DNA of 64,000 nt from Takakia lepidozioides (taxonomy: Eukaryota; Plantae; Bryophyta), in assembly GCA_030704615.1 (NCBI GenBank), contig CM060734.1, forward strand, positions 2,294,001 through 2,358,000. The letters run 5' to 3'. Made by a program: the position numbers and the translations under genes. Position 1 is the first letter of the stretch; the number at the start of each line of letters is the position of its first letter. Of this stretch, positions 1 to 10,699 are shown piece after piece. The notes beneath the pieces were generated by a model that made no database searches, was not told the origin of the DNA, and saw only the letters and a list, made by a program, of their open reading frames with translations.

Positions 1-196
1 ACTGCATGAGAAGTAAAGCTAGCGTGTAGTCTGTAATATCTGCCATAGCTACAAAGCTATAGCTTTGATTGCCCCTCCCGTCGAGACGCTGGTTATTCGG
101 AGCCACCCCGAGTCTTCCGCTCATAACTCTTCTAATTTCTTGTTTTTGTTTCTTGGAGGGAACCACCTGCATGAAATTCTCCCTCCTAATTGGCTA

Positions 197-1919
197 CTAC
201 CTCCTCGGGTAACTTCTAAATTCTACCCCCATCAGTGGACATTCCCACCTGGAATGTCCACTAGGACAGCACATATAGCAAAGGTCCCCCTTTACTGTAC
301 GTGTAATGGGTTCCGTTACCTGTTTCCTGGATGCATTAATGGGCCCGCAATTAATTTCGGTTGCTGTACTGGGTAGGTACTTCGACGGCCTAGTTTGTCT
401 TTTTGCATGATGACACCCGCTATTGCAGTTCATGCAATGCGGAGCGCTTTGCCCCTTAGGCCACGTGTTCAAATTCAAACACTCTTCCGTCGCCCTCTGT
501 CCGCGTGGTTTTTTCTCCGAGTTTGACTCCCAAGCTGACCTTACACTTACCGGCCACTTTTCTGACGTTAACCCGTGTCCACCTGTCACTGATCCTATGG
601 ACTGTGCAACCCGCGTGGGCTGTGTTGGGCTGGGACAGACTGTGGCAAACTGTGGTGGGTTGTGATAGGCTGTGTGATGCTGTGATGGGCTGTGATAGGC
701 TGTGTCACACTGTGGTGGGCTGTGATGACTGTGTGAACACCCGTGTTCTACGCTCAGGCCATACACATTTAGCTTTACGACAAGTGTCTCATGCTCCGTT
801 GGTATTACCGGTGTAGTCCGTGACTGCTTCTGTGTTTCAATATGCAAATCATGCTGCAATGGTTTATCATAGATACCACTGTATCCCTTCAACTTATTGG
901 CATTAACTCTTCCAAGCATCTCTTTGTTAATGGTTTGTAACATGGCTGTGTTGTTATCATACATCTTCTGTATGACATAAGGTCCTTTCCATGGTGACTT
1001 AAGCTTAGAAGCTTTAATCTTTCCCTTCTTCTGCAACCACAGAACCAAATCACCTGTCTTAAAAGTTTTCAATTTACCTTCATCAAATTGATCATTCCTC
1101 TTCATCTGAATTCTAGTCATGTTATTTGCTGCATCAGCACGTACTTCTTCCACATGGTATAATTCATGTTTCCTGACTTTAATTGAATCCTCCAATTCCA
1201 TTCTCCTTCCCCATTCAGTTCTCATGGTAGGTAACAAGAATTTCACTGGAAGTAAAGCTTAATTTGAATGGTGTATACTTAGTGGTGACTTTATATGAAG
1301 TCATGTATGACCACAGAGCTGTCAGCAGCTTTGTATCCCAATCCGTTCTGTTTGCGTTGATTATCTTAGCCAAAATAGTGCATAGTATTTTGTTGGTGGC
1401 CTCTGCCTGCCCATTACCCTGTGGGTAATAGGTTGTACTCTTCCTGTGCACAATCATGAACTCTTTAGTCAATAATTCTATGGTCTCAATAATGAAGTGA
1501 CTTCCCTGGTCACTGATAAATTCCAGAGGACGGCCAAATCTTGTAAGTATGTTCTCATACAGGAACCTTGCTGTAGACTTAGCTGTGTTGTCCCTCAGAG
1601 CCTTGGCTTCCACCCATTTTGTAGTATAATCAGTGGCTGTGATTATATACTTGTTATGTGTATTTCTGGCTAGTGGGTTTATTGGTCCAACAAAGTCTAG
1701 TCCCCATTTCTGAAATGGTTCAGTAGGCATCGTCAGATGCAAAGCCATCTTTCCAGATCTTTGCGAAGGTCCTAGCCTCTGACACTCATCACAACTTTTG
1801 CAATACTTGTGCACATCTTTGAACAGAGTAGGCCACCAGTAACCTGCAAGTAGTATTTTTCTGCTGGTAGTATCCTCTCCAAAATGTCCTCTAGCCACTC
1901 CTTTATGAACTTCTTCCAA
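197..1919 (-). pseudogene. Integrase of gypsy element A (frameshifted, ORFs 1215-1919 and 197-1246) plus a 3' extension
   Basis: HHCC zinc finger (H..GHFG..C..C), WGLDFVGP, SDQGSHF, PQGNGQAE, and a GPY/F module (WKGPYVI). Confidence 0.9.
640..735. repeat. Short degenerate TGTG(A/G)T(A/G)GGC tandem repeat
   Basis: Repeated tgtggtggg/tgtgataggc/tgtgatgggc units read directly from the sequence. Confidence 0.7.
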
Positions 1920-2063
1920 AACTTTTATTTACTTCATGGTGGTACAAGCATCATTTAAGAACTCCATCAGGTCCTAGCTTATACAATCTGCCACCTATCA
2001 TAGTGTAGGGTAAAGCCTTGATAGCTATTTCTTCCTCTGTTCCTTCCCATAACTGGGTGGGCA

Positions 2064-3723
2064 CTAACCATGAGTGAGGTAGTATCTGATTGGCCACTGC
2101 CAATCTAAGCAATCATCTGCACTTCCCTGCACCTCCACCGCAAATAGACTCACATCAGGTAGTTGGTCGTCTACTCCTATGGCGGGCTCTCTTGTTGATA
2201 GGCGTGACAAGTGATCTGCCACAAGATGCAAATGGCCAGGCTTGTAAACAACTTCAAATTCAAACTCGTGCAAGATTATTAACCATCTTGCTATCCTGCC
2301 ACTTATCAAAGGCTTGTTCACCAGATAAATCAAAGCCTTATGATCCACATAAAACATAAACTTTCTTCCCAATAGGTAATGCCTAATTTCTTGACTGCAT
2401 ATATCATTGCCAATGCTTCTCTTTCAGTGGTGCTATAGTTCCTTTGAGCACTGTTCAACAACCTGCTAGCATAGTACACAAGTGAATCTATGTTTCCTGT
2501 GACATTTTGGGGCTAACACAGCTCCCAATGCTTCTCCTGAGGCATCACAGTGTACATGAAATACTATATGCCAATGTGGGTTAATCAGCACAGGTGTAGT
2601 TGTTACTGACAATGTAAGTGCCTCAAATGCCTGTTGACATTCAGCTGTCCATGCAAATGCTGCATCCTTCTTCAAAAACTTGCTCAATGGTGCTGCCATC
2701 TGTGCATATCGTTTGACAAACCTTCTATAATAAGTAGTTTGTCCAAGGAACCTCCTTAGACCCTTAACATTACTTGGTGGTGGTGAGGCTTTAATAGCCT
2801 CTGTCTTTCTAGGATCCACAAGCAGTCCCTTCTTACACACAATGTGTCCCAGTAGTACCCCTGAATTCACACACAAAGTACACTTTTCTGGATTCAGACC
2901 AAGACCTCTCATCCTGCATCTGGCCAAACATAACTTCAATTTTTGCAAGTGCTCACTCTTAGAGCTGTATACACTGAAGTCATCTAAGAACACTTGCATG
3001 AAATCATCCAGATACTCATGGAAGGATTCACTTATCACTCTCTCAAAAGTTGCTGATGCATTACAAAGTCCAAAAGGCATGACTTTGTATGCATAAGCAC
3101 CCCAGTCTGTGATGAAGGCTGTCTTTCCCTTATCTTCTTCCGCCACTTGCACTTGGTTATACCCACTGAAGCCATCCATGAATGAGTACATCTCATGGCC
3201 TGCCACAATGTCCAGTACATCTTCTGTGAATGGCAAGGGAAAGAGATCTTTCTTTGTACAAGCATTCAATTTCTTATAGTTCACACAAACTCTCACTTTT
3301 CCATTCTTCTTGGGAACTATCACAATGGGTGACAACCAAGTTGTATACTCTATTGGGTATATGAACTTAGCCTCAGCCAGCTTCTTGATCTCTTCCCCAA
3401 CCTTCTGTGCATAGTTAGGATTCATCCTGTACCTAGCCTGTTTGATGGGTACTGACCGTGGTTCCAGTTCAATCTTATGCTGACAATTCTCAGGTGGTAT
3501 CCCTTTCAGATCCTCATAGCTCCAAGCAAATACATCTTTGTATTTGATAAACAGGCTCTTAGCTTCCTCAAAGAATTATGGCTGCAAGTCAGCCCCTACT
3601 TTCACCATTCTTGGTTCTTCCTCAGTTCCCACATTCACGTCTCTCACCTGCTCCTCAGCTGTGATTGTCCACCCAGCCACTACTTCATCCTGTAAACTCA
3701 CAGTGGCTGGTTCTTCTAGGATT
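2064..3723 (-). pseudogene. Reverse transcriptase and RNase H of gypsy element A
   Basis: RT motifs SPIVIVPKKNG, DGFSGYNQ, MPFGLCNA, FLDDFSVY; RNase H motifs HCDASG, VDHKAL, VADHLSR; several frameshifts and stops. Confidence 0.92.
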
Positions 3724-3785
3724 GAGGTTTACTATTTCATGAGCCCATGAGCCCATGAGCCTATGAGCCTATGAGCTCATGAGCG
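3724..3785 (+). repeat. Left TIR and CATGAGC(C) subterminal tandem repeats of MULE-1
   Basis: catgagcc/tatgagcc repeated about 6 times; inverse copies at 18218-18260. Confidence 0.85.
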
Positions 3786-4486
3786 GGCATCCGCGGAATT
3801 GGAATTTTTGTGCCTTTATTGACGGTGTTATGTCCTCTTACCTCGGTAATAGGGTCTGTTTCTCTTGGTCCAGGATGTGGAATGAGGTATTTCACCGAGT
3901 CGTCGAACCACAGGTCCAGAATTAGGAGTGGTGCGGTACTCGTCCACTGCGCATTGCCGTTTTCTGGATTAAGATGGCGAACATAAATATACAAGATATC
4001 TATAGAGGTCACGTTCGTGAAAACATACAGATATTGGAGGCCTCCTATTGGGACCTCCTCCACAGCGTCGTGAAATTCGCAAACATCTAGGACAAACCTG
4101 TTCCTATTCTCCCTTAGTGTCAACAATATATTCCCTGGCCCAGAAGAGTGAGTGAGCAACTCAAGAGCCCTATCCGGGAGCAAATACTGTGGAGGTGCAG
4201 TATAGTTATGGTAGTAAGACCTCCAGAACTCGCCGCAGCAACATCTCATGATGAAGAGACGAACACTCCGTCTTCCAGGTCTATCTCGCACAACAAGTAT
4301 CCACTGTTGTCCACTGGCAGGCCTCACCCAAAGAGAATCCCACAAAAGTGCTTGGAAACTCGTCACCCTGCGTGTACCTTCACTAAAGTCCAACTCCACC
4401 ATAATGTCTCCCATCACCGGCTCACGCAATTGCGATTGTCCAATCCCGCTCCGTCGAATGCAGAAGGCACTTACACAGGGCGGCAT
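3761..4486 (-). CDS. Small cargo ORF of unknown function (ORF-a); probable paralog of ORF 16836-17243
   Basis: 241-codon open frame with globular-looking composition. Shares W-x-L..D, CC-x-E-x-W, G(N/D)IL and DIL..Y..RH..W blocks with ORF-b. The true start is uncertain. Confidence 0.5.
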   Translation of the reverse strand: MPPCVSAFCIRRSGIGQSQLREPVMGDIMVELDFSEGTRRVTSFQALLWDSLWVRPASGQQWILVVRDRPGRRSVRLFIMRCCCGEFWRSYYHNYTAPPQYLLPDRALELLTHSSGPGNILLTLRENRNRFVLDVCEFHDAVEEVPIGGLQYLYVFTNVTSIDILYIYVRHLNPENGNAQWTSTAPLLILDLWFDDSVKYLIPHPGPRETDPITEVRGHNTVNKGTKIPIPRMPAHELIGS

Positions 4487-4754
4487 TGAGGAAGTGTGCG
4501 CCCACCGGGAATGGAGAGGGACAAGTAATCACTGTTGTTTTTAAACACGGAGATGCAAACATTGAAAATCCAATGCGGAAAACCTTCTCAGGTGATCTTC
4601 TCTGGGGCAACGGCAATACGTGCCCCCATTGGCCAGCAACGGCTACCCACACAGGCGATCGAAAATGAGTGGGGCTAGAAGGGGCTCGACAGAGAAGGTG
4701 CCACGACATTACGGGAAGAAATTGTGCTAAACCACCGCCGTCCTAAAACCACCG

Positions 4755-5045
4755 ACCTTGGTATTTCGGCGCCGAAATTCCCAAGAGCAGTGTGCTAAAG
4801 TGGTGTTTTGAAGACATCCACCGGGGTATTTCGGCGCCGAAATCTCCTCTTAAAATGTGATATAGTGCGGTATTTTATGGCGCAGAGCGGGCTATTTCGG
4901 CGCCGAAATACCCTAGTGGAATGTGCTGAAGTGCCTTGTGCTGAAGGCTTCCATCGTGATATTTTGGTGCAGTAATTCCTTCGTGGAATTTTATAAGGCC
5001 CATATTATCAAGGCGCACACTGATCTATTTCGGCGCAGAAATTCC
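4755..5045. repeat. Array of ATTTCGGCGCCGAAAT palindromes, about 66-bp period
   Basis: Copies start at 4763, 4828, 4894, 4961 (degenerate) and 5027. Confidence 0.92.
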
Positions 5046-5290
5046 CAATAGGAATGTTAGAAATGGCAAGGTTTTCATGGCTTCAAGTTCCCGGCTCGCT
5101 GGTGTGCATAAATTACTTGTAGGGTTCTTTACTTAAGTTTGCGTCTCTTCTGCTTTTATTATACATTTAGGTTGCCGGAAGAAATGTAGGGAATCGGACA
5201 TGCAGTCTGAACACAATGATTTTTGAAATCGTCAATATTTTCTTTAAGTGTTTCAGAACTGTACAACAAAAGGATCCAAATGAGACTTTG

Positions 5291-5908
5291 CTATGGTGAG
5301 GATCCGCGATCACTGTCCGATGCATCCCCGGCCTCATGCAAGGATGGCTGCCTTCCACCTGCCTCCGAACCTGCACTGCCGCTACCGCTGTTACTCTGAG
5401 AAGCCCTCCCCTCAAAAATACCATCCTCACCAGCCGGAACTGTCCACCTGGGTGTGGAACTGTCCTCATCATCCCCCTCGCTCTCGGACACGGATTCTAT
5501 GACAAACTTGCCTACTCTGCCTTTCACAATTCTATGTTTGGCCTCACGCCTCATTATAATTCTGTGCTCATTCCCGAATATCAATTTCTCAAACCGAGTA
5601 GGCCTATCCTCCCTCCTGATGGCTTCTCTGGCAGCCGTGTCTGCATAGGCTGGGAGAAAAAATGGCTTCTGGGGACTCGCGAGAAACGATTTTCTGGCAA
5701 AGAATGGCCGATGCGATTCTGTCTCCTCCTTTGCAACAGGGTCCGATTCGGGCAAGTCTCCCAGCATTTTCTCGTCGGACGACTCTGCAAGGCTGAGTGT
5801 ACGCACAAACATAGAATGAAGCACATTAGAGCATTCAAACAGGGAATCATCGGCAGGTTGCATGGTCCCTACAACCGAAACCAATACACTTACTATGGTG
5901 CAACTCAC
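5291..5908 (-). CDS. Probable terminal exon of, or gene adjacent to, the ParB-MTase-like gene
   Basis: SPQKPFFLPAY resembles SPPQPFDLPIY, which lies downstream of the homologous MTase fragment at 57752-58009. The splice phase to the upstream exon was not resolved. Confidence 0.45.
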   Translation of the reverse strand: MSCTIVSVLVSVVGTMQPADDSLFECSNVLHSMFVRTLSLAESSDEKMLGDLPESDPVAKEETESHRPFFARKSFLASPQKPFFLPAYADTAAREAIRREDRPTRFEKLIFGNEHRIIMRREAKHRIVKGRVGKFVIESVSESEGDDEDSSTPRWTVPAGEDGIFEGRASQSNSGSGSAGSEAGGRQPSLHEAGDASDSDRGSSP

Positions 5909-8900
5909 TCGAAGACAGGCATTGGAGGAAGCGGCTTCGGGCGCCCTTGCATCGTACGAATTTCCTGGACTTCCTCCTCTTCCTCTTCCTCCTCCCCTTC
6001 CACGTCCTCTTCTGCGTTTTTGGGATCCTCAGTCGGAGGCAGACGCTGTAGGCCCGCCAAATTGAAATCGTACAAGGCCGTATCCCCCTCAAATGAGAAC
6101 ACAAATCGGTTGGACATCCTTCCCGCCCACATACAGGCACCTACAAATTCATACGACACAAGCACAGACAAACTCAAGAATGAGTCACTTCCTCGCACAA
6201 GCAAACATACACAATCAGAAATGGTGTCAATTTCGGTGCCGCAATCACTTAACGCTCTCACCTGTATTTGCAGTGACGTCGAGGACCCTGCCTTCAACAT
6301 CCGTACACGTTTCCATGAGCGTCTGGATGAATGCAAGACTCCTGGTCCTGCCATACCTCCACCGCTTGCCCGACAAATCACAAAGCATGTCCTTCTCTCC
6401 CACATGGTTGAAGAGGACGTTATACTCCAGTGGATCAACTGTGGAATCAACAAGTCTTCCTGCTTGACGTAATTTGAATTTCGAATGTTCCTTCACGAAG
6501 CAGAATGCCTGAAAGATAAGAGTCTGCAAAGAAGGAAATGAAAACGTCAGAGGTGGCCTACACGTACATGGGCAATTTTGGCGCAGAATTTGGCATAGCA
6601 GAGGAGAACCACAGCATACCTTCTGGCCATCGTTTAGAAGACCCTGCATGTTGATGCAAGTCCAGATCTTTTTCAGGATGGGTGCTGCACTTGTCCCCGT
6701 CCATACTTTGATATCATTCTCAGTGACTTCTCCATCGGCTGCTAGCACAACAACACAGCCAGCGTCGTCCAACATGTTGGCTGCGAACCCGAATGTGTGG
6801 ATCCAGTATCTTTCGTCGTACTTGTTCCACCAGGGTAGTGAGTCCAGCCCCAGTATCTCCTGCCCATCCGGGATATCCACAAGGATCATGTCGATGGAGG
6901 CTTTCACCGCCCTGCCCCCGACTGTGCTCTTTTTGCTGTGGCTCATCGCCACAAAATACTCCATCATCTTTGTGTAGCCAGGACTGTCATCCATATCATT
7001 TCCAGTGGCCTTCCTCTTCCCCTTCCCCTGGTGGGCCTCGATCGCCTTCCTCAATCTCGTTATCTCCAGCCTTCTGGTCAGAGCAGTTAGGAAATTTTCA
7101 TTAACACACTCCACAATTGTGGGTGTTTTGAGGACTTCCCTGCCCGCAATGTGCACCGCATGGTAGGGTCTGCCAGGTGCATCCTCGCATAGTGATCTCT
7201 TCGCAGACGAACCCCCGGAGCGCTGGCCTTTGTGAATTTTCGGACGAGGTGTGGCCCCCTGGGTGTTATCCTGCTGCAAATCGTCGTCGGAATCCTCATC
7301 ATCTGGCTGACTATGTTGCTGCTTCTTCTTCTTGGGTGTGGGGGTCTTCGTCTCTTGCCCCTGTTTGCGCATTCTTTTCTTCCTGTCCTTGTGCTGCTCA
7401 GCTGCCTGCTTCTCCATTTGCTCCTTCGCCAACGCTGCCGCCTTGGCTGACTTTCTCAGTGCTTTCTGCTTGGCTGCCTCCTCTGCTTTCAGTCTTTCTG
7501 CGTCTTCAGGTTGGGGATCCGATTGCGCCTTCATAGCCCTGGCATTCGCTTCCTTCTTCAAGTTAACCTCCGAGAGGTCAACGGTCCCACTTGGGAGATC
7601 CACATACCAGGGACAGTCTACCAAATGCTCGGCATGCCACTCCTTCGCCATTACTTCTGTGTACATTGTACCACGACCTCCAGGTGTCCTCCACGCTAGA
7701 AAGAATGGTGGAACCCTTTGAATGGCTCCGGACGGAATGAGTGCAAAGTTTATGTACCTGCAATCACGAGACAGTTCAGCAAAAATCATTCTACTGATGC
7801 ATCATGCAAGAGGAAGTTCTCAATGCACAAGGTATTTCAGCACCGAAATATGCAGTGGACCGTGCCCCAATTACCCAGCACTCACATCTTGCAGAGGTAT
7901 ATTTCGGCGCCGCAATATCCACCGCTGCTTAGCTAAATCATCAAAACTGCAAATAGGGGGATGCATTGGCAGCAGATTACCTGAACAGGACACGCATTGC
8001 CGCTTTGTCGGCACCCTCCTGCTCTTCGATGTATACGCTGCGTCTTGCCTTTGCAATTTCTCTGAAAAAGAGGTTTGCGAAGCGCCCTCGCCAGGACTGC
8101 ATGTAGTTCTCCATTGTCTCAGGCTTCGTCCAGTCGATCTGTAACTTGAAAGTGGTGGTGTTGCAATCCAATTGCTCTTGGGCGTGGGTCAGTACCTGCA
8201 GCATTGCAGGTTTCCAAAACATTCATGATTTTGAAATTGCGACGATGTCCAACACATAGAAGAGGAGGAAATTATACCTGATGCCACCAAGTCATCACAT
8301 TGAGCCAGTCGTTCATTTTGTCGTCTGTTGGCTCGATGGGAAAGTGGTATAGCAGCTTCGTGTTTGTATGGCCGTTCCAGATTCGCAGCCACCTCGTCTA
8401 CATGGCCTAACATCGGTCAGACAAGAACTTCATCATGACAATCGCGAGAAGACACAAAACAAGAACAAACACATGCTTACCTTCTCCGCCGGCTCAACAC
8501 ATGACACTGCGATGTGATGAAGTTTCTCCATGGACATTTCCGGTTTCATGGGTCTGGAGTAATGCAGTCCTATCTCCGCCAGGAACTCGGCACCAAGACC
8601 AGGGTCAGCGATTGCAACTTGCTTAACAAGTTTGGACCTGTACTTGGTCCGTGATTGCCTCCCCGCCTGCACAATGTGACTCTCTATCGACGCGTCCGCC
8701 TTGTTGGGGGCATCATTCTCAAAGAACTGCCTTTTGGCATAGGCCAAGTCATCCCTGATGTTCGTCTGCATTCCCATACCCAGCGGATACAGTCAGGCCA
8801 CGGATCCCTTCAACAAATAGCATTAAATCGGGAAATTTGAGATGAACCTCACCGAATAGAGGATCTCCACCATGGTGTCCAGTGTTGGACGGTACCAAGT

Positions 8901-10420
8901 GCGATCTGCTTTCGCAAGGGACTTCTTGTATAGCTCGGGATCGAGGGATTTTTGGAGGTCCGTCAGCGGTGCTGTTCCCACTTCTTGCACTCTGTAGAAC
9001 GTATGTGCCAGATGAGTTTCCACGAAGGCCCTCTCTGTTACCCTGCCATGGAGGAAAAAAAAAAACAACATGACAATATGATTTCGGCACAACAATCCAA
9101 TTTCCAGTTCATAGAGTGCATGACAGTCAAGAACATTGTCTATTTCGACGCCACAATAGGCAGTACACAAGGATGTAGTTGTATACTTACAGATTTATAT
9201 CCGCCATGGCACCCTTCAGCAGTCCTCTGTCTCTGACGTCCACCTTCACGACAATGCAGTCCACCATGTAATGCCAACTGATATCTTGCGGATGCATTTC
9301 AGCAATGTACTATGTCCAGGCAAGCATCCTGTGGTTCCCGTCCCAAACAAAGAACATCTTCCCTTCCATGTGTGCAAATGTGGGATTAGTCTTCAGAGAG
9401 GCTTCAAACTCGGCATTTACAGTGTGCCAGTGGGGGCTCCAATTCTAAAGCTCCTCTGCAGTGGGGACCCTTGTGACACCCTAGTCATTCTCAATGGAAA
9501 CGTAGAATGTTGCCGACCCCTGTCTATACCCCTCTCTGAAGTTGTGCTTCAATCGATCGATGTCCCCTGGCAGTGCTTGCCTTACAATTGGAAGGCTAAC
9601 CATGCGACACAAAGGAACTTTGAGGTTCTCCGGATACACCATGGAGCCCAAAACGCGGCCTATGTTGCTATGAGTCTCTGCCAGCAACCTGTTTGCTGCT
9701 ATGTTCATGTCTCGTGCGCTCATGAGCATACCCGCCACCAGTTTCTTACTTCTATCACCTCTCTCACTTCCCTCACCCCTCTCACCAGCCTGTCTACTGT
9801 CCTGAAGGTTTTGCTCCTCCGCAAGCTCCAGCAGGTTCTGATCGTCGTCAAGTCGCACCACGTTGTCCTGCTTCTGTTAGCTAAATGGGCCGCCCTTCTG
9901 CAGATTCGACTCCGACATCTCCAGCGGCCTCCACCGCATCCGTGTTTTCTGAAACTGCCTGCAAACCCAATATCTCCGCTTCCAGTCTCCCTAGTGGTTT
10001 TACTGGCAAAGCCATGGGCTCCTTCTGCTTCCTCAGCTTCCGAACTCTAGGTGGGCTTTTCTGAGGCGATATCTGAGGTGTTGAATGAGGACTCGCCTGC
10101 CTCGATGCACTTCCACCTTGCGAGCGCAGCACCCGGGCATGAGTATCCAAAGTTGACTGTGTTGCCTCGCCCCCCTGCGATCCCTCCCCAGCTCCCATGT
10201 CAAACAAACAGGAAAACATGAGACATTGCAGGCAAAAAAAAAGGTGTAAAAGGAATAGTGCGTATGGAGTGCTTCACATCCACGAAGCACGAATCTCTCA
10301 CTGGTGGGCGATCCGAGTCTCCGGATAACGAGGTCTGCATTTCCTGCATGAGACGGAGCTTAAGTCCTGTCGTCGGCGGCTTCCCAAAATCTCGCGTCCT
10401 CCTCTTTGTCGGAGTCGCCT
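5905..10420 (-). pseudogene. Multi-exon ParB/Srx-like + beta-class amino-methyltransferase-like fusion gene (MULE-1 cargo), with in-frame stops
   Basis: ParB-like exon about 9191-9700 (MFFVWDGNHRMLAW). Middle exons near 8850-9040, 8480-8810 and 7980-8190. MTase-like part: SIDMILVDIPDG (DIPD at 6866-6877), MLDDAGCVVVL, and TLMETCTDVEGRVLDVTANTG spliced to ACMWAGRMSNRFVFSFEGD. GT-AG introns at 6141-6261 and 6524-6619. Collinear with the MULE-2 gene. The 5' end is approximate. Confidence 0.8.
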
Positions 10421-10699
10421 GACCTTCCACAAACTCTATGCTATCACTATGCTGCATAAGGAGAGGAAACGCAGGAGAATGTCACTGCAGAAGGGCAAGG
10501 AGCGAGAGAACGAAGCAGTGGAACATGCAACCACTATGCACGAGCAGATGCGTAAGCAGCCACGTCTCCGGAAGCGTTGCCACCGTCCACCACTTTCTGC
10601 CGTATGGGTGATGAAGAGATTGCGACCCCTGACACGTTCGCACGGATGAAGTCGACTGGAACATGACGCGTGCCTGTTCAAGCCACCAGTACAAGACGC

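Noticed and set aside
5336-6472. 378-aa plus-strand ORF
   Set aside because: Antisense shadow of the MTase exons, with no motif of its own.
6245-7789. Single-exon 514-aa protein as given by the ORF track
   Set aside because: It reads through an in-frame 96-bp GT-AG intron (6524-6619) and ends inside another intron, so it is part of a larger spliced gene.
9271-10050. 259-aa plus-strand ORF
   Set aside because: Antisense shadow of the ParB-like exon.
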